Positions 20,430-31,193 are shown, numbered from the stretch's first letter. The stretch is DNA of 64,000 bases from a candidate division FCPU426 bacterium (GCA_963847625.1 CAWKAR010000013.1:64001-128000); one strand, 5' to 3'. Notes: generated by a model from the letters alone, not told the origin. Program-made: numbers and translations.

Positions 20430-22679
20430 CTACTTTGTTTTCATGACGAAAACGCCGTCCCAATCCGGGGGGAATTGTTCCTTTTCCAGGATTCTGCAAC
20501 GCTCCAGGAATATCCTCGCCGGGCCGTCATGGGAGTCCAGTTCCAAGCAGTTCCGGAAACACTGGGAGGCTTCCTTCCATTTTTGCGCGCGGTAGAGTCC
20601 GAGCCCTTCCTCGAAAACCTTTGCCTTCATTTCCTTCATACCCGCGGCCTTCAAGCGGTGGTCCACCAGCTCGTAGATGCGGATGGGGCGGGACTTACCC
20701 TTCACCCTCAGCAAGTCCAACTCGCGGCAAAGCATGTCGTCCTTGACCTGGACGTAGGTAGTCTCGCCAATGATGATCTCAACCCCGTATTCCTTGGTGG
20801 CTCCCTCCAGGCGGCTTCCCAGGTTCACCGCATCCCCGATCAAAGTGTAGTTCTTGATGGATTCCGAACCCACGAAACCCACCACCATGTTTCCCGTATT
20901 CAGGCCGATGCCGATCTCCAGTTTTTCCTTCCCTTCCATCTCCCACTTGGGGTGGAGAAGGGATTTCAGCAGGTCCACCATCCCCAGGGCGGTGCTACAG
21001 GCCCGGTAGGCATGGTCCTTTTGCTCAGTGGGCGCCCCCCAGAAGGCCATGACCGCGTCGCCGATGTACTTGTCCAGGGTGCCCTCGGTCTGGAAGATCA
21101 GGTGAGTCATCTGGGTCAGGTACTCGTTGAGCACAGCTACGACTTCCGCGGGCGTATGCTTCTCGGAATAAGTGGTGAATCCCCGGATGTCTGCGAACAT
21201 GACCGTGAGGTCCTTCTCTTCGCCACCCAGCTCGATGCCCGCCGGTAGTTTCAGGATTTCCTCCACGACCTTCGGCGTCACCATGCTCTGGAATGTCTGC
21301 TTGAGGTAACGGCTGTATTTGACCTCGGTGCGGAACTTGTAGGTGGTGAGGGCCGTGAATGTCAGGGCCAGGGAAGCGAGGGGATAAACCAGGTTGATCA
21401 CGTCGCCCAGGTAATTAAAGCAGAGGCAGGCCGCCGCGAAGTAGGCGATTAAAAGAAAGAAAAACCCGATGGTTCCCTGCATGGGGGTAAGCCTTGGGAT
21501 CAGGAACCACATCAGGAGCCCGAGGACCAGGATCAACAGGTAGGTCCAATAATCCGGGAGAAGCTTCAGGAAACTGCCCGAGTACACGTTCTCCAGGATG
21601 TTGGCGTTCATTTCCACCCCGGAGGAGTTGTGGGTATAGGGAGTGGGTCTCAGGTCGAATAAGCCCGTGGCCGTGGCGCCGATGATGACGGCGGCTCCCT
21701 TCAAGACCCCCGGTTCGAGCTTGCCGGAAAGCACGTCGCATACGGAGTAAGTTGGGAAAGTCCCCTCGGGGCCGCAATAATTGATGAGCGCGAAGTTATC
21801 CTCCAAAACCGGTATTTTTCTTCCCGCCACTTCGGCATAGTCGCCCGAATGGATCTGAATGGGCTTCAAGTCACCCATCAGGTAGCGGGCCACCTGCAGG
21901 GAAAGATGGGGGATGAGCTTTCCCTGGTAGGAGAACGCGGTGGGATAGTAGCGGTAAATGCCGTCCGAAAAGGGGAAACAACGCGTATGCCCGGAATCCC
22001 GCACGTTGTTTTGGAGCGCAGGGATCGAGAGAAGAAGGGATTGGGAGGGCACGAAATCCTGGATAAATCCCCCGAACAGCTCGGCCTCGGTCATATGCAG
22101 GGATTCGGGGTTGGGGCTTCTCCCCTCTTTTCCGGTGATGAAAGGCTCGATGGGAAGGAACACGTTCCCGGCATCCTTTATAGCTTTGGCGAACTCCATG
22201 TCCCCGTTTTGGTTTTCCGCCAGCCGGTGGAGGTCGGCGAGGATTTTTTCGCGGATCTTTTGGGCCGGCGGGGAATCCCCCGGCAAGGTGGAGTCCAGAA
22301 GGGACTTCAATTGGCCGATCATCTTTCCCTGGGAACGTTCCGGCTCGGGGAAAAATACGTCATAAAAGACGCATTTCACGCCGTCTTCCTTCAAGCGGCG
22401 GATCAACTGCGCCTGAAGCGCCCGGGGCCACGGCCATTGGCCGACTTCCCTCAAGCTCTGTTCGTCCACGGCCAGGACCTTGATGGGGGCTTGGGGCGTG
22501 CGGTAACCCCTCACGGCGAAACGAAAATCGATGGATTTGTTTTCCAGGGCTTGGAATAAGGGAATATGGTTATTGAATAAGTTGCAGGCGGAAAGGAGGA
22601 GAATAACCCCCAGGGTCAACCAAAGTGAGGTGGACCGGCGGTAATGGACCTTGACTTCTCGGGCTTGGGCCTCGGGCAT
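20430..22679 (-). CDS. CHASE2-domain class III adenylate cyclase
   Basis: VDEQSL..VGQWPWPR and GVEMNANILEN (CHASE2); three TM helices; FADIRGFT, DKYIGDAVMA, YTLIGDAVNLGSRLEG with ATP-specifying Lys/Thr and catalytic Asn/Arg. Confidence 0.95.
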   Translation of the reverse strand: MPEAQAREVKVHYRRSTSLWLTLGVILLLSACNLFNNHIPLFQALENKSIDFRFAVRGYRTPQAPIKVLAVDEQSLREVGQWPWPRALQAQLIRRLKEDGVKCVFYDVFFPEPERSQGKMIGQLKSLLDSTLPGDSPPAQKIREKILADLHRLAENQNGDMEFAKAIKDAGNVFLPIEPFITGKEGRSPNPESLHMTEAELFGGFIQDFVPSQSLLLSIPALQNNVRDSGHTRCFPFSDGIYRYYPTAFSYQGKLIPHLSLQVARYLMGDLKPIQIHSGDYAEVAGRKIPVLEDNFALINYCGPEGTFPTYSVCDVLSGKLEPGVLKGAAVIIGATATGLFDLRPTPYTHNSSGVEMNANILENVYSGSFLKLLPDYWTYLLILVLGLLMWFLIPRLTPMQGTIGFFFLLIAYFAAACLCFNYLGDVINLVYPLASLALTFTALTTYKFRTEVKYSRYLKQTFQSMVTPKVVEEILKLPAGIELGGEEKDLTVMFADIRGFTTYSEKHTPAEVVAVLNEYLTQMTHLIFQTEGTLDKYIGDAVMAFWGAPTEQKDHAYRACSTALGMVDLLKSLLHPKWEMEGKEKLEIGIGLNTGNMVVGFVGSESIKNYTLIGDAVNLGSRLEGATKEYGVEIIIGETTYVQVKDDMLCRELDLLRVKGKSRPIRIYELVDHRLKAAGMKEMKAKVFEEGLGLYRAQKWKEASQCFRNCLELDSHDGPARIFLERCRILEKEQFPPDWDGVFVMKTK

Positions 22680-25600
22680 GGCGGTATTCTAAGCGCGAAA
22701 ACCATCAACAGCAAACGGTTTTCGAGGATTTTGAATCTTGAATTTAAAATCAAGGATGAATGAAGCAATAAAATTAGAACTTAAATGAATGCAATCAACG
22801 TTGAGGCAACAGTCCACCTTCAATCCGCGTCACTGCCCTGAATTCAAATTGTTTCGAAGGAATTTAAGCCATCCAGATGTCGCCGCGACTGATCCGAAAC
22901 CAAAATATTTTCGGAATATTTTAGGGGGGAATGTTATAAACGCTGAGGTTCCGGAACGTGATATCACCTTGATCGGCCTGGAAGCCGAAGTTGCCCGTAG
23001 GATAGGCACTCAAGTTGGGATCCGTGACGGTCAACTGCCAGTCAGGTTCCCCCGCGCCGGTTTGCCATTCTTTCGCCATGATCTGGTCCCCATAAATGCG
23101 CACCCGGTAGGAATACCAGGTGTTGCGGGCGATACAGGGAATGGTGGCCTGGGTTGCGGTGAGGTTATTCCCGTCGGTCCAGGTGGTTTGGCTGCATGCC
23201 GCGCCATTGGGCGCCATCGTATCGTAGAAAAGCCTGCTGGTTCCGACGCAGGTGTCGCTGAGTTGCCATTGGTCGCCCCGGATCATGAAATACTGCTGAC
23301 AGTTAGCGTAACGGGCGATAAAAACGGTGTCGTCGTCGCCCGAATAAGCCGAGAGAGGAAGGCAGGCCTCGTAGTAGAATTCGACGTCCGGCCCGATCGT
23401 GACGTTGGAAATGATTTGCGGATACTGGCTTACCGCCGAGGAATTGTATGGGCCATAATTAAGCCCCATACACCCGCCATTCTCCGCGCGGATGTACCAG
23501 GCAGCCCCGGGCCAGCCATAAGTCGCGCCGCTGCTGGCCGTCCCAGCGTTGGTCCAACCCGTGGGCATGCTGGTCATCGGGTAGGAATACAGTAAAACAG
23601 GGGTAGGTGTCGGGGTGGCAGTAAAGCAAGGCCGGACCACTGAAATTGCGTTCGAAATTATATTGTTGCCACCATAGGCCACAGAAGCAGTGTTGATTAA
23701 CATTTGGCACTGATTGTTTTGCCAATTAGAATCCACAAAATTCGTGTACATGGTAACGCAATTGCTTCCTCCGCCAAATTCGCTCCAATAAATTTGATTG
23801 CCATTAACAAAGGGTTGACCCCCTCCATTGGTGTAACAGGAAGTCGGCTCAAAGCCCCAACAATTAAATGAAAATGTCGTTCCACTCTGGTTGTCTGTGA
23901 CTGTAACCCCTCCGGTTGACACAGGGCCGCCGTCGTTGCATGCCACGATTGAGAAAGTGGCGAACATATTGTTGGAGCTATCGGTCACCGGTGTGCCGTA
24001 TTGGGCGCAGGTGATAGAAAAGTTTGGCGGTCCAGCCAAAGTCGAGGGAGGAGGGATCGTGGTTGCCTGCCGGAAGAAAAGAGCTCCGAATGAGTTGGCT
24101 GGGTTATAAGCTCCGGAACTGTCCGAGGAAATGAACGGGACTTGACTGCCGCTAACAGGATTGAAGAGGGGTTGGCCCCAACAGCATAAACCGGAGGTGG
24201 TGTTAACCACTGTCGGGTTGCCCCAACCGCTGTCATCATAGTTGGTCGCGTACCAATTGCTCGCGGGGGGAGTAGTGGGGTTCCCGATACTGATGTAATC
24301 CATCTTAACGCCGCCGCTCCCGCTGGTGATTTCGGAATGCAGGCCATTGGAATAGGTGATATCCAAGTCCCAGGAACTGTAAACGTTGTTGGTGGCCGTG
24401 TTTTGGGTATAAATGGCGATATTAACTTGGCTCCCGGTTAATAGAGTTGGGTTTATGAAAATACAACCCGGTGGGCAGGTACCGCTGCCATCCCAGTTGC
24501 AATAAGTGATTTCGCCTAAGTAAACCCCACCTATGTAAACTTGTGACCAGTCGTCACTATTCATGCAAATCTGCGCGTGGGTTATCGTGGTGGATATGGG
24601 AGTCGGGGTAGAAGTGACTGTGGCAGTGGGCGATATCGTTCCTGTTGGGGTGTCCGTAACCGTGGGCGTGTTCACCGGTGGATTCGTTTGGATAACCAAG
24701 CGGTAATCAGAACTGTTTTCTGATTGGTTGGCCGCATAAACCACAACCGTGTACTGCTGCTGGGTTAAAGACACACCCAAGGCATCCAACGGGAAATATC
24801 CAAGAGAATTCGCAACCAGGTTGGTATTCGAATCGTAAAGGTCGTACCTCACCCGCGACCTATGCGATCCGTCATCGAAACAGTCCAGCGAGATCGACGC
24901 GGGGCCGGCCGTGGCAGGCGTGAAAGTCCAGGAATTGGTGTATTGCAAATAATAATCAACATGGCCCACGCCCACCAAATCGGAGTAGTAATTGCCGAGG
25001 GTTCCCAAGTCGGTGGTTCCCAACGGGCTCGCGAGCGTCACCGGGGTGGAAACAGGCGTCAGTACGCAGTTTGGCGTGAAAGTACTCAGGCAAAGGGTAA
25101 AAGGCCCGCGATCGGGCCAACTTTCACCAATATAACTCCCATCCACGATTAAGTAATAAGTTCCAGGTTGTAAAACACCAGTCACCAACCCGGATCCGTA
25201 GGGTTGTCCGCAATAATCGCATTCGGTATCGTAAGCCAAGGTAGTGGAAGGATTTTCCGGATCGGTCCTGACATAGATACAGGAGTAGTTGGTTGTCCCG
25301 CAAAGGTTGATAAAGAGGCTCTTGGCGGTGTCAAGCGTGAACTTGTAGACGATGTCCGGTGATCCCGATCCGTTATACAGGTTCCAATAAGAACTGTCGT
25401 ACTGGGAATGATTGTCCGGCATGCCGGTGGTATCGCCATTAATGCAAGCCCCGTCGATGTTGGCCGTGATGTCCATGATCCCAGGAGTCGGAGTGGGCGT
25501 TGCCGTTGGGCTAGGAGTGGATGTATTAATTGGCGTGAGGGTGGATGTGCTCGTGGGAGTAGCGGTATAGGTCGGTGTAAGAGTGGGCGTGTTGCAAATG

Positions 25601-26058
25601 ACCGTGATGGAAATGTTGTTGCTGGTAACCGGCCCCCCTCCCGGCCAACTGGCTATTCCCCTGTCGGTGACAACCTGGCAATAATCGCTGGAAATCGCGC
25701 TATAAGAACCCACGTTGAAATCGATCGGGACACAATCACCGCCCGGAAGGCTGAGAACCTGCCAACTGAGGTTCGGGTATGTCGTACCTACCGGATTGAT
25801 CGTAACCGGATCACTTCCCACCATCACGGTCCATTGGCTGTAATGAAGTCCTTGGAAGGACCATAATAGTGGATTGGTGATATCGTCGGTCACCGTGACT
25901 CCAGTAACCGTCCCCGCTCCCGCCGCATTGCAAACCATGATGGTCATGGCAATGGCGCTGGCGTCGGAGTAATTAGAGGTGGGGCCGCCGGTGGTCTTGG
26001 TCAAGCTGATATTTGGCGACCCCGGCGTAAGTGTATTTGTCACTATCGGTGTAAGAGT

Positions 26059-26393
26059 GGGCGTAGTACTTGGCGTGACCGTGGATGTATTTGTGGGCGA
26101 TGCCGTCCCGGTAAGTGTGTTCGTCGGGGTGGTGGTCGAGGTAAAAGAAAGGGTAGAGGTGGAAGTTGATGTCGAAGTGAATGTCCTGGTAAAAGTGGGA
26201 GTGGACGTATTGGTCGGCGTTGAAGCGGGCGTAGTACTTGGCGTGACCGTGGATGTATTTGTGGGCGATGCCGTCCCGGTAAGTGTGTTCGTCGGGGTGG
26301 TGGTCGAGGTAAAAGAAAGGGTGGAGGTGGAAGTTGATGTCGAAGTGAATGTCCTGGTAAAAGTGGGAGTGGACGTATTGGTCGGCGTTGAAG
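26059..26393. repeat. Near-perfect 168-bp in-frame tandem duplication in the Thr/Pro stalk
   Basis: GCGTAGTACTTGGCGTGACC starts at 26061 and 26229; a 56-aa unit is repeated. Confidence 0.85.
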
Positions 26394-27732
26394 TGGGCGT
26401 AACAGTTGGCGTGAAAGTGCGTGTGTTAGTGGGCGATGCCGTCCCAGTCAGAGTGTTCGTCGGTGTGCGGGTCGGTGTAGAAGTTGGAGTTAAGGTGTAG
26501 GTGGGAGTGGATGTCGAAGTGAATGTCCTGGTAAAAGTGATGGTAGGTGTGTTCGTGGGCGATACCGTCCCGGTCAATGTATTCGTCGGGGTGAGTGTCG
26601 GAGTGGCCGTAGGCGTAGATGTGGAAGTGTTGGTTGGTATCGGGCTGTTCGTAGAGGTGGGTTGGACGGTAAGGGTTGCCGTTGGGCTACTGGTCGGGGT
26701 CAAGGTCTGTGTAGGGGTTGGAACCGGGCTGTTCGTAAAGGTGGGTTGGATGGTAAGGGTCGGCGTTGGGCTGTCGGTCGGCGTCGGGATGAACGTAGCG
26801 GTCATGGTAGGGCTCAAAATCGGGGGAAAGGTAGGAGTGGGGACTGGGGTCAAGCACATGCCGGCCAAATCCGCTGCGGTGGGGTCATAGGCGCAATAAG
26901 GGAGGGTCTTGTTGGCCCGGAACCGGAACAGGGGTCCTTTGGAAAGGGTCCCAAAGGGCTGGTTGGGGTTGACGATTTGGACCCAGGCATAGCCGCCGGC
27001 CGCGCCCAGCCCCAGGCTGACGCAGTAAACATCACCGGCTTGTAAAAAGGCGGGTGACGCGAATGCCGCCGTTTGCTTAGCGGTTGCAGAGGAGGAAACG
27101 AAGGCCGTGGGTACAGGCGCCGAAGCGAAATTCACCAGGTCCCCGTTGCCCAGAAAAGCGACCCCGTTGTTGCCCAGCGCCGTGATTTGAAAACCCCCGG
27201 CCATGCTCGTAACGGCAATGTCATCAGAGCCTGAACCCGAACTGGATAAGACATCGTTTTGGAAGGAGAAATATGCGTTCCCGCCAAAAGACGAGGTATC
27301 CACCGTATAGCAGTTCCTCACCACCGAACCCATGGTCACCCAAACATTGCTCACGCTTCCCGCGGCTATGTCCATCTGGACGGCGCCCAAGGCCAAAGGC
27401 TGGTGATTGACCGCGTCGTTCAACTGGAAAGCCATCAGGCGGGACGGGCCCTGGGGAACGGTGATGGCAACATCCACCTCGCCGGATTGTGAACTGGTGT
27501 TGAAAGGCCCGGCGACACCGGTAACCGCGGCCATTTTCGGCCCGGTCACCTTGTACAGGATTTCGTTGAGGGTGACCCCCAACAGGCTGGCCTTGACCTC
27601 CTTGGTGATAGGGATGGAAAGGGATAAAGCCATGCCTTTGGCGGGCGCCACCGGCGAGGTGGGCGAAGATTTCCCCCGGCATCCGCCATTGGCGAAAATC
27701 CCTAAAACCAAGCCGATGGTTGATATAAGGAT

Positions 27733-28787
27733 CCCGAGTTCCATAAGTAAGTGCAACACTTAGTGTCTGAAGAAGGCCGCATGAATAGGATATGCGGCTA
27801 TGAAAAAGAAATACAAGCATTTAAGCGTTGAAGAAAGAGATCATTTATCCGTCTTGAAAGGAAAGGGTCTTAGCCTTCGAGCAATTTCACGCGCCTTGAA
27901 GAGGTCTCCTTCCACCCTCTCCAGGGAACTCAAGCGCAATGCTCCCCCTATCCGTTCTGGTTATTATCTTTCTCATCGAGCCCATCAACGGTATGTTGAC
28001 CGCAACCAACAACGAGCACGCCGTTTACGCCTGAAAACAAAACGAATTCGTGCCTACGTCCGTCGTCAATTGAAACGAGGCTGGTCTCCAGAACTCATTT
28101 CAGGTCGATTAGGTCACCTACGGCCTAAGCAAACCATTGGTCCTGAAGCTATCTATCAGTGGGTTTATGCTGAAGCCACTGAGCTGATTCCTTGCCTAGT
28201 TCGACACCACCGGCGACGATTCTCATTTGGCCATAGCCGTAAGCACGCCAAAAACCATATCCCAGGCCGTGTTTCCATCGATAAGCGCTCCGAGATCGCC
28301 AATCAACGCAAGCAATTCGGCCATTGGGAAACCGACACCATGGTCTCTCGTCAGAGTAAAGTGGCTATGCGGGCTCTCGTCGAGCGTCAAAGCCGTTTTT
28401 CCAAGTTGGGAAAGCTCAAACGAAAGACCGCTCGCCAAATGAGTCATAGCCTCAACCGCGCTTTATGCCGCTTCCCTCAAGACGCCCGCCTGAGTCTGAC
28501 CTATGACAACGGAACCGAAAACACCAACCACTTGGAAACCAACCACGTGCTTGGTACAAAATCCTTTTTCTGCGCCCCTTTCCACAGTTGGGAAAAAGGT
28601 ACGGTGGAAAATACTATCGGTCTTGTCCGCCGCCATTTGCCTAAAAAGACTGATCTTGCTAAAGTGTCCTTCAAAGAATTCAGGACCATAGAAAGATGGC
28701 TCAATAACAGGCCCAGGAAATGTTTGGGCTTTAAAACTCCGGCGGAAGTCTTCCGGCGAAGTGTTGCACTTACTCCGTGAATTCGGC
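27733..28787 (+). mobile_element. IS30-family insertion sequence (1,055 bp)
   Basis: Imperfect terminal IRs with core AGTAAGTGCAACACTT; 3-bp target duplication GAT at 27730-27732 and 28788-28790. Confidence 0.9.
27800..28780 (+). CDS. IS30-family transposase
   Basis: N-terminal HTH STLSRELKRN, WSPELI, GHWETDT, TYDNGTE, WEKGTVEN, LNNRPRKCLG. Confidence 0.95.
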   Translation: MKKKYKHLSVEERDHLSVLKGKGLSLRAISRALKRSPSTLSRELKRNAPPIRSGYYLSHRAHQRYVDRNQQRARRLRLKTKRIRAYVRRQLKRGWSPELISGRLGHLRPKQTIGPEAIYQWVYAEATELIPCLVRHHRRRFSFGHSRKHAKNHIPGRVSIDKRSEIANQRKQFGHWETDTMVSRQSKVAMRALVERQSRFSKLGKLKRKTARQMSHSLNRALCRFPQDARLSLTYDNGTENTNHLETNHVLGTKSFFCAPFHSWEKGTVENTIGLVRRHLPKKTDLAKVSFKEFRTIERWLNNRPRKCLGFKTPAEVFRRSVALTP

Positions 28788-28854
28788 GATGAAAATTTTT
28801 ACTTTCAAATTGATCTTCCCTTGGCCCCTTGTTTCCGGCAACTCGAAAGGGCTG

Positions 28855-30048
28855 TTAAAGTTTCAATTCGTAATCCGTCCCGAAGGTGAAACGGTTGTAA
28901 ATGATGTCCGTGCGGCTTCCCGCGGCATCAAATCCCGCCTCAAAAGCGGTGATGTTGTCGAAGGACGCTTTAAATTTGAGCGCGGATGTATGGCTCAACC
29001 GCACCCGGAAGGACGGTTCCAACCCCAATAAAACCCCGCCCCCGTCATAAAAAAGGTCCGTATTCGGATAGCCATTGGGAAGCACATATTTGGCCCTGGC
29101 CGCAAGGGTTAGATTTCCGAATGAGTAACTGGGCGTCAGGTAGAAGCGCGGACCCAGGGAGGAATGGGACTCGGCCATCAATTGCCCGTTCACCAGGGTC
29201 TGGGACGTGAAGAAATACTGGCCGCCCGCTTCGAACGAAAAGGCCGAGGGGTTCTGCCAGCCATAGGAAGCGTTGATATTGGGGCCCATCTGCAGAAGGT
29301 TGGTGCCGTTCGCTTGGGTGGGAAGGAAGTAAAAAGCCGACAATCGGATGACATCACTTTGGCCGGTTCCATGGGCGGTAACCCGGTTGAGGGACAAAAA
29401 TACGGAATCCCCCAGTTTCAATTGCTCCGCCGGAACCCCCAGGCCGTAATTCGGGTTGAAGGCGCCGGAATACATGTAGCCGACCGCGGCCCCGTACTGG
29501 GCCTGCCCAGCCGGCAGGGCGATTCCGTACAGCGTGCTCATCCCGAAACCTCTTCCCCGGTAGCGGCTGTCTATAAAATCGTAAGGAAGGTTGGATGCCG
29601 AAGCCTTTGTCTCCCAGGTGGGATCACCGGTGGGCAGATTGAAGCCGATGTTCAAGGCCGAAGGCAGGGAAAAGGCGTTGAACCCCATCTGCAGTCCCGC
29701 TACCGTGTCGGTAAAACCGGTCAGGCTCTGGGTTTGCGTGTTCTTGAGCGAATCGGTATATCGCCCGTTCCCGAATTCGGTCTGGGCGTATAGTTGAACG
29801 CCCTTCCAAGGGAACAGGCTCAAGGTGAAAGGGGTCCAAATTTCCCGGCCGTTGAAGGGCTGGACATAGTTGGAATCCCAGGATTCGTACTCGCCGCCCA
29901 CGTTAAGCCGGCAAAAGTAACTTGCGTTTGGTTTCTGAGGCGCTTCGTCCGATAAAACTTTTTCCGGCAAAACCAACAGGGCCGCCAGGGCAAAAACCCA
30001 GCAAGTCATCCGCCGTTTGATTTGGGTTTGGCTCCAAATGCGGTTCAA
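28855..30048 (-). CDS. Outer-membrane beta-barrel protein, paralog 2
   Basis: Signal peptide, beta-strand pattern, C-terminal TDYELKL; TTG start overlaps the FecR stop. Confidence 0.75.
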   Translation of the reverse strand: MNRIWSQTQIKRRMTCWVFALAALLVLPEKVLSDEAPQKPNASYFCRLNVGGEYESWDSNYVQPFNGREIWTPFTLSLFPWKGVQLYAQTEFGNGRYTDSLKNTQTQSLTGFTDTVAGLQMGFNAFSLPSALNIGFNLPTGDPTWETKASASNLPYDFIDSRYRGRGFGMSTLYGIALPAGQAQYGAAVGYMYSGAFNPNYGLGVPAEQLKLGDSVFLSLNRVTAHGTGQSDVIRLSAFYFLPTQANGTNLLQMGPNINASYGWQNPSAFSFEAGGQYFFTSQTLVNGQLMAESHSSLGPRFYLTPSYSFGNLTLAARAKYVLPNGYPNTDLFYDGGGVLLGLEPSFRVRLSHTSALKFKASFDNITAFEAGFDAAGSRTDIIYNRFTFGTDYELKL

Positions 30049-31193
30049 GGCACCGTCTCCTTGGGGGGAACGACCAAGTGGATGTTCAATGTTTGCTGCG
30101 CGGAATTGAGGCAGTTGTCGTTATTAACCAGGATTCCACTGGTGAACTGGTTGTTCAAATCAGTCAAAGCCTCATTGGTTTCCAAGTTTGGAGCCGTAAT
30201 GACCTGCTCTTGCGGATTCAAGGGGGAAACTGGCGGCTGGATGACAGGTTCCACCGCCGGAACCGCATTGCCTTGGCCCGGGGGGGCTGTAGCGTTGCCG
30301 CTTCCGGGAGCGGCAACTACGGAAGTTGCGCCGCCGGCTAAATTTTCGATTGTAGCCCCGCCTGATTGGATTTGTCCCGTGGCGTTGGGGCCTCCTCCAA
30401 CGGCACCAACCACGGAGGTTACGCCTTCCGTGTTTCCGGTTGCAGGTCCGCCGGATTGGGTTTGACCGTTGCCGTTATTATTCCCTCCAACTGCGCCAAC
30501 CACGGAGGTTGCACCGCCTCCCGTGTTTCCGGTCGTAGGCCCGCCGGATTGATTCTGGCCGGTTCCGTTGTTGTTTCCACCTGTTTCGCCTTTAGGATTT
30601 TTATGTAAACTGCCCGGGCCTTCCCCTTCGCGGATCATCCGGCCGTTCTGGAAAATGCATTCATGGCCCGCCGGGCACAACTGGGTGACTCCCCCGGAAC
30701 TCGCGGCAACGACGCCATCCAATACATTCAACCTCATCCAACCGGTCTTTTGGTCGCACTCCATCGTGAATTCGGTTCCCCTGACCCCGCAAACCACGCC
30801 ACCCGCCTCGATTTCGAAGCTGGAATGGGCGGAAAAAAGCTGGCGCACTTTCACCAGGGCTTTTCCAAAACCCAACCGCATAAAAATATTTTTTTCCTCT
30901 TTAAAGGCGTGCAAGGTGGCGAGGGTAAGCCGGCTGTTAGCCATCAATTCCAGGGTGGATTCGTCGAATAACTGCAATGTCGCCTTGGAGGCCCGCCGCA
31001 CGATGATGGTTTCGCCCTGGTAAGCTTTGGCGCCTGTATGGGCCCTTCGAACCGAGCCCATCCCGTTTTGAACGGTTACCGTTCCCTTTACGGATAGGAA
31101 AACAGCTTCCCGTTCGGGTGGGTCGGCGGCTGAAACTGCGTTGAACATGCCGGAGCACAGAAAAAGAAAAGAAATAAGAAAGGGTTTATTCAT
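30045..31193 (-). CDS. Secreted FecR-domain protein, paralog 2, with long Gly/Asn/Pro linker
   Basis: Signal peptide from ATG 31193; FEIEAGGVVCGVRGTEF; C-terminal motif shared with paralog 1. Confidence 0.8.
   Translation of the reverse strand: MNKPFLISFLFLCSGMFNAVSAADPPEREAVFLSVKGTVTVQNGMGSVRRAHTGAKAYQGETIIVRRASKATLQLFDESTLELMANSRLTLATLHAFKEEKNIFMRLGFGKALVKVRQLFSAHSSFEIEAGGVVCGVRGTEFTMECDQKTGWMRLNVLDGVVAASSGGVTQLCPAGHECIFQNGRMIREGEGPGSLHKNPKGETGGNNNGTGQNQSGGPTTGNTGGGATSVVGAVGGNNNGNGQTQSGGPATGNTEGVTSVVGAVGGGPNATGQIQSGGATIENLAGGATSVVAAPGSGNATAPPGQGNAVPAVEPVIQPPVSPLNPQEQVITAPNLETNEALTDLNNQFTSGILVNNDNCLNSAQQTLNIHLVVPPKETVP

Larger units (their letters stand above)
22921..28808 (-). pseudogene. 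Giant surface lipoprotein A (~1,609 aa if restored), interrupted at codon 7 by IS30
   Basis: Removing 27733-28787 and one GAT gives TTG-start [24 protein letters not shown]; body open from 27729 to 22921: shared N-domain, long T/P stalk, DUF11-like, paired module, lectin/ConA-like C-terminus. Confidence 0.8.

Noticed and set aside
25979..26890. Val/Gly-rich plus-strand ORFs (also 19129-19374 and 41507-42052)
   Set aside because: Antisense shadows of Thr/Pro stalk codons
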